Shown here one piece after another: positions 45,802 through 54,755 of a stretch of 64,000 nucleotides of DNA (its first letter is position 1; each line of letters begins with the position of its first letter). Source of the DNA: Kiritimatiellia bacterium. Its GTDB lineage: Bacteria; Verrucomicrobiota; Kiritimatiellia; RFP12; UBA1067. The DNA is taken from the NCBI GenBank assembly GCA_045545855.1, contig JAZQBR010000203.1, positions 1,264 through 65,263 on the forward strand, given 5' to 3'. A program made the position numbers and the translations under genes. A model generated the notes under the pieces. The model searched no databases and was not told the origin of the DNA. It worked only from the letters and a program-made list of their open reading frames with translations.

Positions 45802-47074
45802 TTAAAGTCTCCTCTATGATCTGACGAACAGCACCAAACCGCTTGTGAACGCGTGCGACGGAACCCGTCCCCTGTGTTACAGATTGCAGAAATTCATTGT
45901 CGTTGGACATCTTCGCCCTGAAGCGTTCTATCAAGACATCTTTGCGCGCCAGAAGAACTTCCCGCTCTGTCGGCGTCAACCGGTGCAGATTCACGCTCCA
46001 CGCCTCAAACAGCGACTTGTTTACCGGGCTGCGCGTCTGCCGGCCGACATCCATCTTTCTGAAAGCCAACTTCCCCAGAAGGTCATGCGCATAGCGCATC
46101 GTGCATGTAAACTCGTCTATTATCGCACGAATGGGCGCACTGTCCAATGTCTGTCCGGCATGGACTTCATTGAATGAACGCATCGCGTCGTTGAGAAAAC
46201 TGTTGTAGTCGTTCTTCCTGTAATCGGAAATGTCTATGTCTTTGAAGGCGAGATACCGCATGATACACTCTCTGTCTGCCATGCGCTTTGCCTGAATGCC
46301 GTTCATTGTCGCTTCTTTGAAGGCGTCGCTTTCAGAAAGATGCTTGAGCAACATCGTGCATATGCCCATGTTCAAGGCATGGCGAATTTCCTGCGGGCTC
46401 AAGGGTTCGCCTCCTGTATTGATGCGCCGGAAGATATCGAATTTGACTCGTGGCGGCGTTCCTGGCAATATGATGTAGCATACGACCTCCGTCTCGTCGA
46501 TTCGTCGTTGCAGGGATGGCGGAAGCTGTGAATAAGTTTTGCCCTCCATGTTGTGAAGGAATTCAAGCCCGGTCAACTTCAGTTCCCCGTTGACGAAATC
46601 GCGTATCGTCGAAAGTCGCTGCAAACCATCGATGACAAGCCAGCGGTCGTCGTCCGATGCGTCAAAGTAGAAAGCCGGTATCGGTATGCGGATCAGCAAC
46701 GATTCTATAAGCCGGCTTTTGGCGACCTTGGACCAAACGCCTTCGTTCCGCTGAAAATCGGGATGTAGTTCAATCGCATTGGATTTTATCCTGCGCAGCA
46801 ACAAATCCAGAACCGTTGTCTTTGGCTGCACCTGTATGAACGCTGGATTGAACGGTTCGTCTATTCGCGTACCGCCCTCCGAATCATCTTCGATGGACTC
46901 GTCCTCTTCCTGAAAAGAAACGGCTGCTTTCCCCTTTTCTTCATCTGTTTCAAGATATTCCATAAATCTGCTCCCGCTATCGTTTTTCTTGGACTTGGAT
47001 TCTGTGGTCAGGACAAGCCATTTGTCAGTAACATCCTTTTTCCGCATTCCAAGTCCGTTGTCTCGGATATGCAA
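45794..47074 (-). CDS. DUF262 (ParB/GmrSD-N-like) domain protein; likely 3' portion of a frameshifted GHKL-DUF262 fusion gene
   Basis: DUF262 hallmarks PDFQRNEGVWSKVAKSRLIESLLIRIPIPAFYF...VIDGLQRLSTI. The N-terminus begins HIRDNGLGM, a GHKL G1-box. The ORF track start is TTG. Confidence 0.65.
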   Translation of the reverse strand: MHIRDNGLGMRKKDVTDKWLVLTTESKSKKNDSGSRFMEYLETDEEKGKAAVSFQEEDESIEDDSEGGTRIDEPFNPAFIQVQPKTTVLDLLLRRIKSNAIELHPDFQRNEGVWSKVAKSRLIESLLIRIPIPAFYFDASDDDRWLVIDGLQRLSTIRDFVNGELKLTGLEFLHNMEGKTYSQLPPSLQRRIDETEVVCYIILPGTPPRVKFDIFRRINTGGEPLSPQEIRHALNMGICTMLLKHLSESDAFKEATMNGIQAKRMADRECIMRYLAFKDIDISDYRKNDYNSFLNDAMRSFNEVHAGQTLDSAPIRAIIDEFTCTMRYAHDLLGKLAFRKMDVGRQTRSPVNKSLFEAWSVNLHRLTPTEREVLLARKDVLIERFRAKMSNDNEFLQSVTQGTGSVARVHKRFGAVRQIIEETLNG

Positions 47075-47292
47075 AAAACAAAACTTCGCTCTTTAGTCCC
47101 ATCATTTTCAGCAGGGAGTGTATAGTTTATCCAAACGTCACTTGCCCCGGCGCCCAATGAATTCTTGAACAATTCGCCCTCCGCCGTCGGCGCATCAGCT
47201 ATCTGCTGACGTCCCAACAGGTCTATCACGCGCGCACGGCTTCTAAAATGGGCAGTTGCCATTTGCTCCAACCTTTTCCAATAGAGATGCAA
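47008..47292 (-). pseudogene. 5' fragment encoding a GHKL/MutL-MORC-like ATPase N-box, out of frame with the DUF262 ORF
   Basis: ...IADAPTAEGELFKNSLGAGASDVWI... matches the GHKL N-box (ELVENSLDAGA in MutL) about 37 aa upstream of the IRDNGLGM G1-box in the next ORF. The frames differ by 1 nt across an A6 run at about 47073..47078. A7 would give ...SFVFLHIRDNGLGM... Confidence 0.4.
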
Positions 47293-47641
47293 AATATTAT
47301 ACCATTTCGCTGAAGTCCGGTCAATGGGACGCGAAACAGTTTATTGCTTCAAACTGTTGCATTGTTTTCCCGCACAAGATCAATCTCTAACTTGTTCAAC
47401 GCACATTCCCACGAGAGCATAATCCCTCCCGAAAACTTTCCGCAACAGTTTTCCTGTTGCATGGCGCGACAATGACGCATGGTCAGGCAGATTGTCGCGC
47501 GTTGCAGATGTGACACATTTTCCGTTCTCCACGACTTTCCAATGACCGCCTCGGGGCTGGCCGGGAAAGTCTCGGTTGACGCTGTCGGCCAGACCTGACG
47601 GCAATGAACAGAACAACACAATCCCGAAAGGAACCCGGAAA

Positions 47642-48106
47642 ATGGAAACAACACGGAACAAAGACAATCGCGGCTATGAGCTTGACGCCCTTGCCCGAAA
47701 AATGGAACGCGCCGCAGAAGTTGATTATATCCGCTGGGCGAACGCAAAGAAACGCCGCGCATGGACTGCCGGGGCATTGCGTCTCGACGACTGCCTGTTC
47801 GATGAAAACGGGGATGAGAGGGAAAACTCCCTGCTTTCCGACAACGGCAGAGGTGCCGAGTTGATTCGCCGCTGCGGGGAACCTGCGCCAAAGGCGAACA
47901 ATGCTTGGCGTAAGGAGTTCCGCCGCGTATTTTCGACCCTGAACGCTGTCGAGCAAGGCATTGTCCTCGCGTTGTCGAAGGATTCCCGCCCTCAAGTCGC
48001 CGCCCGCATGGCCTGGACGAACCGCATGCGCGTATATCGCACCATCGCGAAATTGCGCAAATTGCTCGCAACCGCCCATTCCCTCTGGCTGCGCCGCTGG
48101 GAATAA
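47642..48106 (+). CDS. Putative DNA-binding regulator with sigma-70 region-4-like HTH
   Basis: Internal ATG of ORF 47576..48106 (METTRNKDNRGYELDALARKMERAA...). C-terminal EQGIVLALSKDSRPQVAARMAWTNRMRVYRTIAKLRKLL resembles a region-4/LuxR-type HTH. Higher GC than neighbours. Confidence 0.35.
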   Translation: METTRNKDNRGYELDALARKMERAAEVDYIRWANAKKRRAWTAGALRLDDCLFDENGDERENSLLSDNGRGAELIRRCGEPAPKANNAWRKEFRRVFSTLNAVEQGIVLALSKDSRPQVAARMAWTNRMRVYRTIAKLRKLLATAHSLWLRRWE

Positions 48107-48242
48107 AAAACTTTCGCAGATGCCGCGTTGCACATCTCTCGGTTTCTGCGATTGTCAAATGAACACCTCTGTCGGCGATGCAGGACGCCAGGTGGCATCC
48201 CGCCGGCGAGGTTGAAGAAAGCACAAATAAAGGAATAAAGTT

Positions 48243-48977
48243 ATGGCTGCTGTTAAGCCTCAATTGAAATACCGCGTCGTCAATGGCTACAACCCAAAGA
48301 CGCGCGGAACCTGCAAGCGCCCCCAGATCACGGAACGCGAAACCTACTACCTCGATCAGGTGGTGCAATTCGCGCTGGACAACGGATTCGTCCGTGGCCA
48401 GTTCCAGGACATGAAGGGTGCGCTCAACGGGTTCATCGAATGCATCCAGTACCTCGGGCTGACCGGCAAGGCCGTCTCGCTCAACGACTGGCTCAGAGTC
48501 CATTCCGAACTCACGGGAACGGTCGGCGAAGACTACCAGCTCACGTCCGGCAACGACTTGCGCGTCCGCATCCAGGCTCTCAAGGAACTGAAGACGAGCG
48601 TGGACAAGTTCAGCTGGACGAACGTGAGCGACACGGGCGTTCTGCCGAAGATCGATTCGCTCATGTACGTTGGCGCTCCGAAAAGCGGTGAAATCAAGAA
48701 GTCTCTGGCCATCATCGCCACGGGACGCAATCTTGCGTTCAACGCCGCCTTGGGCGACACCGTGACGCTTATCTGGACGGAAGGCGACGAGGCCAAAACC
48801 GTTACCCTCACGCCTGCCGAGAGCGACTATTCGCACATGAAGTTCAACTGGCCGTCTGCATTGGCTGACGTGCCGGACGGAACCGAAATTACGTTCACCT
48901 TCACTCTCCACGGCGGAGTGGAAGGAGGCGCGGCCCATACGGCCACGAAAAGCGTGAAGCTTCTCGCTGCCGCATAA
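48243..48977 (+). CDS. Hypothetical protein (244 aa)
   Basis: Clean ORF with strong codon bias. The antisense 579-aa ORF 47349..49088 is an artefact of this high-GC block. Confidence 0.55.
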   Translation: MAAVKPQLKYRVVNGYNPKTRGTCKRPQITERETYYLDQVVQFALDNGFVRGQFQDMKGALNGFIECIQYLGLTGKAVSLNDWLRVHSELTGTVGEDYQLTSGNDLRVRIQALKELKTSVDKFSWTNVSDTGVLPKIDSLMYVGAPKSGEIKKSLAIIATGRNLAFNAALGDTVTLIWTEGDEAKTVTLTPAESDYSHMKFNWPSALADVPDGTEITFTFTLHGGVEGGAAHTATKSVKLLAAA

Positions 48978-48986
48978 GCTAATTAT

Positions 48987-49061
48987 CTCACGCAAAGTCC
49001 GTGACGTACGCAAAGTTTCATCCCTCAGGCGCCTTTGCGTCTTTAGCGGACTTTGCGTGAG
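48987..49061. repeat. Palindromic element of ACGCAAAG units (tctcacgcaaagtccg...cgcaaag ... ctttgcgt...cggactttgcgtgag), 10 bp after the stop codon
   Basis: Perfect 15-bp outer inverted repeat and inner CGCAAAG/CTTTGCG pairs. No downstream U-tract. Confidence 0.5.
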
Positions 49062-49100
49062 CGATCTATCCATACCACCAACCACCAACGACTAACGACC

Positions 49101-49784
49101 ATGAAAACTATCGTCAAAAAAGTAAAGTTGCTTCCCTGGTCCAACCCCTATATCACCGACGGCCTCATCGCCATGTGGGATGGCGAATGGAACGCAGGCA
49201 TCGCCAAGCATGATCCCACTGCAACGACTTGGACCGACCTCGTCAACGGGTGCGTCGGCATCAAGGCCGCTGACACTGTGCAATGGCTCGACAAGGCCTG
49301 TTTTGTCGATAACGGATACTTCATTGTCGAAACGCTCCCTGATTCCATCAAAGACGCCATGAACGCCGACAACTTCACATGGGAAGTCTGCAGATACTAC
49401 AGAGGCGGCAACGGCCAATACACGGCCCTCGGCTCGGCTGCGGTGCGAAACGAGTTCTGGGCGAGCGGCCCGAACAACGCCAACTCCTACCTTTCGTGGC
49501 ATTCGCCATCTTTTACGAGCTACTGCGGCGGTGGCGGAGGAAAAGTCAAAACTACGCATTCTTTCACTGTTTGCGGCGATACAATCATTGGCTACAGCAG
49601 GGGTGTTCCGTATGCAACCCAGACTTTCACTGCAATCGGTTCTATCGACGCGGCAAGACTCCTGCTCGGCGGCAAGCGCGGCATCGTTGCCGACATCTAC
49701 TGCATTCGCATATACAACCGCGCCCTCTCAACCGCCGAAATCGCAGCCAACTTCGCTATCGACAGAATGAGGTTCGACCTGTGA
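49101..49784 (+). CDS. Hypothetical protein (227 aa)
   Basis: Internal ATG (MKTIVKKVKLLPWSNPYITDG...) of ORF 49053..49784, consistent with a beta-rich secreted or structural protein. No motif recognised. Confidence 0.5.
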   Translation: MKTIVKKVKLLPWSNPYITDGLIAMWDGEWNAGIAKHDPTATTWTDLVNGCVGIKAADTVQWLDKACFVDNGYFIVETLPDSIKDAMNADNFTWEVCRYYRGGNGQYTALGSAAVRNEFWASGPNNANSYLSWHSPSFTSYCGGGGGKVKTTHSFTVCGDTIIGYSRGVPYATQTFTAIGSIDAARLLLGGKRGIVADIYCIRIYNRALSTAEIAANFAIDRMRFDL

Positions 49785-49789
49785 GCAAA

Positions 49790-50356
49790 TCACCACTGCT
49801 TTGCCAATACAAAATCTTCGAACTCGGCAGGCGTATATATTTCGAAATTTTTAACCACCTGACCGACTACCGTTCTAGGGTCGTTATTAACGTCAGAGCA
49901 AGATGAATTCATACAATCTGCGACCGACTTCTTCCTAATCTGTTCAAGTCGCTTTTCTACTTCGGCTCCAACAAGAACAAAAGTCAGATGGTGTCTGCAT
50001 TGATCCCATGTGAGAACATTATGTTCGACCAGAGCCATTGCGGAGTCGCATGCCTTGCGAAACGTGTCGGCAATATTAACACCTCCAGTTTTGAACTCAA
50101 TCAAGTAATATTCCAAACCATCGACAATCAATGCATCAGCAGATTTACCCTTAAACACGAATTTACCATCGCGCCAATAATCTTTTACTAAATCAAAATC
50201 AATTGCTTGCACCTTTCCGGCATTTGATGTCGGTGCAACACAATATTTCTTCTCTGCCCCTGGTTTGGCCTTGGTCGCAGACAACTCCGCCAGTGACTTG
50301 CGGAAGTCCTCATTCCGCAAGTCATCAGAAAGTCCATCAAAATCGCTCGGTTTCAA
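49790..50356 (-). CDS. Hypothetical protein (188 aa), third gene of an ATPase operon; possible PD-(D/E)XK-like core
   Basis: Start overlaps the ATPase stop by 4 bp. The segment ALIVDGLEYYLIEFK has a D...ExK-like arrangement (weak). Confidence 0.5.
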   Translation of the reverse strand: MKPSDFDGLSDDLRNEDFRKSLAELSATKAKPGAEKKYCVAPTSNAGKVQAIDFDLVKDYWRDGKFVFKGKSADALIVDGLEYYLIEFKTGGVNIADTFRKACDSAMALVEHNVLTWDQCRHHLTFVLVGAEVEKRLEQIRKKSVADCMNSSCSDVNNDPRTVVGQVVKNFEIYTPAEFEDFVLAKQW

Positions 50357-51684
50357 TTTTGAACTCCATCATCAGCAGAAGACTTTTCCAATTCAGCAAC
50401 ATTCATGCGTTCTAATTCCAGCTCGCGCATGGTTTTTGCGAATTTGCGATACATGCTTGACGTGTCATTTGAAATATCATCAAATTCCACACGCCCTGAA
50501 TCATCAATTTTCTTCGGTTGATAGACCTTGAGAGTTTCGCCTTCGCCATTCTCCGCTCTCTTTTTACGCGCAGAAAGCTCAAGCGACTGCAGAAAATAAG
50601 GACTGTGTGTGGTCACTAGAACAGTCAAATCATATATTCGCTGAAGTTCAACGATTACATCGGCGAACAAAACCTGCAATTCAGGATGAAGATGGTTTTC
50701 CGGCTCATCCAAAATCAAAACGTCCTTCCGCTTCAACAAATTGGCATCTATCATCAAACGCAGCAACGCCAACATTTTTATGCCCATTGAAAGATTGGCT
50801 GAATTAAGAGGCTTCTGCATTCCGGGAATGCCAACTTCCAGTTCTCCGTTTTTGCCTAATGAGAATTCACCGGAGAAATATCCATCAATCATTTCATAGA
50901 TTGTCGCTAATTCCTTATCTGCGACACGACGAGCAATACTACTTCTTGGTCTTGCACGACGAATTCTCGACGCTAATTCTCTGCTTATTGGATCCCCAAT
51001 CGTCCACGAAGACATCCTGAACGATGTTCCCAAGGCATCCATAATTAATGGTGTTCCAATAAACCAAGCATCATTGCGCAAAAACTCTTCAACCACCATA
51101 GGCTGCGCATTGGTATTCCATTTTGCGACAATCTTTCGGCCCTTGACAGTAATCGATATCTCACTCTCACCGGTAAAATCAAAATAGTTGGGAAGAAATT
51201 GATTGTTGAAATAACGATTTAGGTCGGCCTGAACAGCATCGTGAAAGAGAACCATCTCCGAAATTCCACGGGCCTTTTTGATTTGTAATTTTATATCAGC
51301 AACTATATCACGCTCGGAATCCTGCCTCAAGCGCGAAGATTCATCTGCCAAAAAGGAACTCTGCCTGAGGGTTCCAGGCCGATAATAAAAACGCAATCTC
51401 CGCCACAACTCATCATCATCAATAGAGGAATCAGAAGAAAACCATTCATCACGAAATATCCTACGGGTGAGATTTGTATTGCGCAAATTGAGCGATTCAA
51501 GCACAAATCCCGCACGAGCATCGAAAAATCCTTCTTTGAGATTTGCAAAGGTATGAAAAATGGAATACAATACTTTCCCGACCGTGCTTTTGCCCCTGTC
51601 ATTGTCGCCAATGATTGCTGTAAGTCCCTGGCAGACCAAATTTGCATTGCTTATTTTCGCGATATTGTTTATGGTCACATTCAT
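50353..51684 (-). CDS. AAA_15/AAA_21-type ATPase (ABC/SMC-like)
   Basis: Walker A IIGDNDRGKSTVGKVL. Walker B/D-loop VLILDEPENHLHPELQ. H-loop VLVTTHSPYFL. 443 aa. Confidence 0.7.
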   Translation of the reverse strand: MNVTINNIAKISNANLVCQGLTAIIGDNDRGKSTVGKVLYSIFHTFANLKEGFFDARAGFVLESLNLRNTNLTRRIFRDEWFSSDSSIDDDELWRRLRFYYRPGTLRQSSFLADESSRLRQDSERDIVADIKLQIKKARGISEMVLFHDAVQADLNRYFNNQFLPNYFDFTGESEISITVKGRKIVAKWNTNAQPMVVEEFLRNDAWFIGTPLIMDALGTSFRMSSWTIGDPISRELASRIRRARPRSSIARRVADKELATIYEMIDGYFSGEFSLGKNGELEVGIPGMQKPLNSANLSMGIKMLALLRLMIDANLLKRKDVLILDEPENHLHPELQVLFADVIVELQRIYDLTVLVTTHSPYFLQSLELSARKKRAENGEGETLKVYQPKKIDDSGRVEFDDISNDTSSMYRKFAKTMRELELERMNVAELEKSSADDGVQN

Positions 51685-51687
51685 GTC

Positions 51688-52287
51688 TCACCTCCAACCA
51701 TTTTTCGCGACGAAAGCAGCAACTTCATCGTCAAAGAGGACATAAGCCTTCTCACAAATCAACCCTGATAATCGATACTCTTGGGGCGCTCTTTTCTTTC
51801 TTTTTATATCGGAATATTCCCGCAAATCATACTCCCATGCATCTTCTACGAGTCGATCAAGCGATCCTGCCATAAAACTTGTAGGATCCAAAGTCTCAGA
51901 CCGCGCGAACTTGCCGGCATCACGCGAACCAGATTCCCTAATCTGCAGATAGAAGAATCCATGGCGCAATGCACCAACGCGGCATTGCCCAGTTTGGCAC
52001 ATACCTATGACCAAATTGTAGAATCGACGCAACCTATGTATTTGATTGACTGTAGAACAATAGGATTCCACAGCATAAACACCCGCACTGTTTGAATGAA
52101 TTGCCGGGACAGTTTCTCGATGAAATTGATGCGCTGACGGCACCAAGCCCTTAAGATACCCTGATGCATTAATACAGGAAATGGTTGCCAATGCTGCATG
52201 GGACTGCACCCCCAGCGCACCAAATGTCGATGCCAATATTGGGTTTGACAATCCGTACGGAGCCGCACTGAAATCGTTAGGAGTCAT
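51688..52287 (-). CDS. Hypothetical protein (199 aa), first gene of an ATPase operon
   Basis: Ends 4 bp before the ATPase start. Contains Cys at GMCQTGQC. No family recognised. Confidence 0.5.
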   Translation of the reverse strand: MTPNDFSAAPYGLSNPILASTFGALGVQSHAALATISCINASGYLKGLVPSAHQFHRETVPAIHSNSAGVYAVESYCSTVNQIHRLRRFYNLVIGMCQTGQCRVGALRHGFFYLQIRESGSRDAGKFARSETLDPTSFMAGSLDRLVEDAWEYDLREYSDIKRKKRAPQEYRLSGLICEKAYVLFDDEVAAFVAKNGWR

Positions 52288-52585
52288 TGCATTCCACCTT
52301 CAACCTTTTTAGCAATTGCACAGCATACGCCCACAGCGACTGCAATACCACCCCCAAAAAGATGCCAACGCATCCTTCCCACTAACATTTGTCCACATGA
52401 TTGTGGCTCTGCTATGCATATACTCTATCATTGCCAATTGATTTGCCGCATAGTTTACCATTTTTCGTTTTCGCTGACAAGTGGGGCATCGGTTTTTTTT
52501 GCATCCGCGATTGCCACCGAAATCGCTATAACCTCTACCAGCGACGGGATGTGGTTGGCTCTGGCACTTTGACTTATCCATCCGC

Positions 52586-54730
52586 TCACTCCAAGTGACC
52601 TCCAGGCAACAAGTGCAAAGTATCAAGGAAAAACTTGAAGCCGCTGAGCAGGAAGTGGATGTTGTACTTGTCTCCGGCGAGGTAGAAGCGCGGAAGGAAA
52701 TATCGATCAGGCGACATGACTGAATACTCCATGTTAGATACGGCACATGGATATCCCGACTGTTTAACCATGTCGATGTTTGCATCAGACACCGACATCC
52801 TTTCGCCAAAGGGAAAACTGAACGGCAGTCCGACAAAGTCGTCTGGTGGCGTAACTTCAGTATTCACCTCTTCACGAGACAAGCCCGAAAGCGGGAAATG
52901 GCTTTGGGTATGCCAACAGACAAGCCACCCCGCTTTTCGCATTTCATCAAGCTGTTCGCCTGAAATGCCGCAAAGTCGCTGCCTTAAGTATTCCTCCGGC
53001 AATTCGCTCCAAATTTTTGCAAACGGATAAAGCGCATCAAGCCGCTTTACGACATTAGCGCCTTTGGCTTCCGTATCGGCTGCGTATTCAGGGCGGATAA
53101 ACTTCGACCATACCTCATTCCTTGTCAATCCTGCGCCAAACTCCCTGTCAAGGATTTCTTGCGGCGCATACGACTTCCAGAAAAGCAGGCGATCGACAAT
53201 CAGCGCTTCGGCAGGAGTCTTGGCCTTTAGCGCATCGCCGCTTGCGAAAACAATTCCAGGTATGCCCATCTCTTTAAGACACCTGAATGCACAATCATAC
53301 TGGTTGCAATATCCATCGTCAAAAGTGATGGTCGCCGTATTCGCATCAAGCAGATCATTTGAGAATCTGTACTTCTTGGCGATATCGCCTACAATCATCC
53401 TGAACTGTGATTCACTGCAGGACACGCCATTCGTGCCATCATTTCTGAATATCTCGTCTGGCAAGACATTGTGAAATGTCACAATCCGTTTCGCCTTCCG
53501 ATTGAGGCGATAGAATAATGAATCAATGCCAAGATAATACCCGACAACCGCGAGCAGCCGCTGAACTTTGCCGCGACTGAATACGGAGGCCCAAATCTTC
53601 TTTAGCACCATTTTTGACAATCGCCCTGCATCACGTTTAAAAGCGACCAAAAACGGTTTTCTATCTTTTCTGTTCCGCACAAAGTACGCATCAACAGCCA
53701 TATACTCGCGTATCCATTGGAGCACCGGGACTTTACCTTCCAGCATATTCTTATGGTCTTCCCAGTTCATCAAATAATATGGTGTCTTGAATTGTATACG
53801 CTCCAACTCATCCTTGCTCAATTCATCCCGACAATACTTCACCCACAAAGCCGGATAGTTAATTCCAGCTGCCGTGTACAAATACCCACACGCATCATTG
53901 CGCAAATTGACTTCAAGGAAATAATACTTTCCACCACTCTTTATAACCTCTACACTAAATATCCCCTCATAATGCAACTCTTTTATGAAATCTTTTACCC
54001 ACTCGATGTTAAAGTCGCGATATTTCCTAATATCGTCCAGCCGGATATATACCGATTGTCTGTGCAAATCATCCCTTATTTTTCTGACAACCGCCGGAAC
54101 ATACGAACCCTTCCCATGATTCCATGCCAGCCCCACAAAGTTAAGTTCATAGTCCTTTATTAAATATTCTTGCACAAGATAATCGACATCTACACAAAGA
54201 GACTGTTTTAGTTCTAGCTCATTCTGGCATATTCGCATGTGTCCCTTATTACTGGTTGTGCTATTGGCACCCTTTATAAGACACGGATATGTTACATCCG
54301 ATGGAATTTCACATCCACCTAAAACATGCCAAGTTTTGATTAGGCTGAATCCACATTTTTCTGCAACAGGGAATGTGTTCATTTTGTCTAGAAAACGGCT
54401 TATCCTACCCTGTTCGCCAGCATTGAAAAATAAAAATCGCTCTTTAAGTTCATTATAGTGACTATCAACCAAACAGACAGGCGGATCGCCTCCAAAAAGC
54501 AGAATCGGTTTCTCCCGCTCGTCCCAATATTCACGGCGAAGAACTTCCAACCCCTCTTCTTGTGTATGGCAATAGTGGGTTGCCGCAATATATTTGCTGT
54601 ATTGAACATAGCAACGATGAGGATCCTTGCTCACCAGCAGCAAATATACAGGCATACCCGCCTCACCAATGCTGCGGATCAGCCCTAATGTATTATTAAG
54701 GCCATTGCCAAAGATGATTACCTTATTCAT
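52586..54730 (-). CDS. Fusion protein: N-terminal ATP-grasp ligase domain plus C-terminal polysaccharide deacetylase (NodB-like) domain
   Basis: ATP-grasp features (…YPCLIKGANSTTSNKGHMRIC…, …KYYFLEVNLRNDACGY…) in the first ~400 aa. NodB motif ITFDDGYCNQYDCAF at aa ~475, followed by …WHTQSHFPL…. Confidence 0.6.
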   Translation of the reverse strand: MNKVIIFGNGLNNTLGLIRSIGEAGMPVYLLLVSKDPHRCYVQYSKYIAATHYCHTQEEGLEVLRREYWDEREKPILLFGGDPPVCLVDSHYNELKERFLFFNAGEQGRISRFLDKMNTFPVAEKCGFSLIKTWHVLGGCEIPSDVTYPCLIKGANSTTSNKGHMRICQNELELKQSLCVDVDYLVQEYLIKDYELNFVGLAWNHGKGSYVPAVVRKIRDDLHRQSVYIRLDDIRKYRDFNIEWVKDFIKELHYEGIFSVEVIKSGGKYYFLEVNLRNDACGYLYTAAGINYPALWVKYCRDELSKDELERIQFKTPYYLMNWEDHKNMLEGKVPVLQWIREYMAVDAYFVRNRKDRKPFLVAFKRDAGRLSKMVLKKIWASVFSRGKVQRLLAVVGYYLGIDSLFYRLNRKAKRIVTFHNVLPDEIFRNDGTNGVSCSESQFRMIVGDIAKKYRFSNDLLDANTATITFDDGYCNQYDCAFRCLKEMGIPGIVFASGDALKAKTPAEALIVDRLLFWKSYAPQEILDREFGAGLTRNEVWSKFIRPEYAADTEAKGANVVKRLDALYPFAKIWSELPEEYLRQRLCGISGEQLDEMRKAGWLVCWHTQSHFPLSGLSREEVNTEVTPPDDFVGLPFSFPFGERMSVSDANIDMVKQSGYPCAVSNMEYSVMSPDRYFLPRFYLAGDKYNIHFLLSGFKFFLDTLHLLPGGHLE

Positions 54731-54755
54731 TTATGATAGTCCACAAACCAGAGCC

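Noticed and set aside
48987-49061. Rho-independent terminator after gene 48243..48977
   Set aside because: A perfect 15-bp stem exists but there is no downstream U-tract, and the internal unit-repeat structure matches the palindromic element families, so it is classified as a repeat. A terminator function is still possible.
47349-49088. 579-aa minus-strand ORF
   Set aside because: It lies antisense to three well-formed plus-strand genes in a high-GC block. It is Arg/Gly/Ala-rich with no motif and no sensible start.
52309-52836. 175-aa minus-strand ORF upstream of the ATPase operon
   Set aside because: It overlaps the 3' end of the ATP-grasp gene and the intergenic region, is Cys/Ser/Thr-rich low complexity, and looks unlike a real protein.
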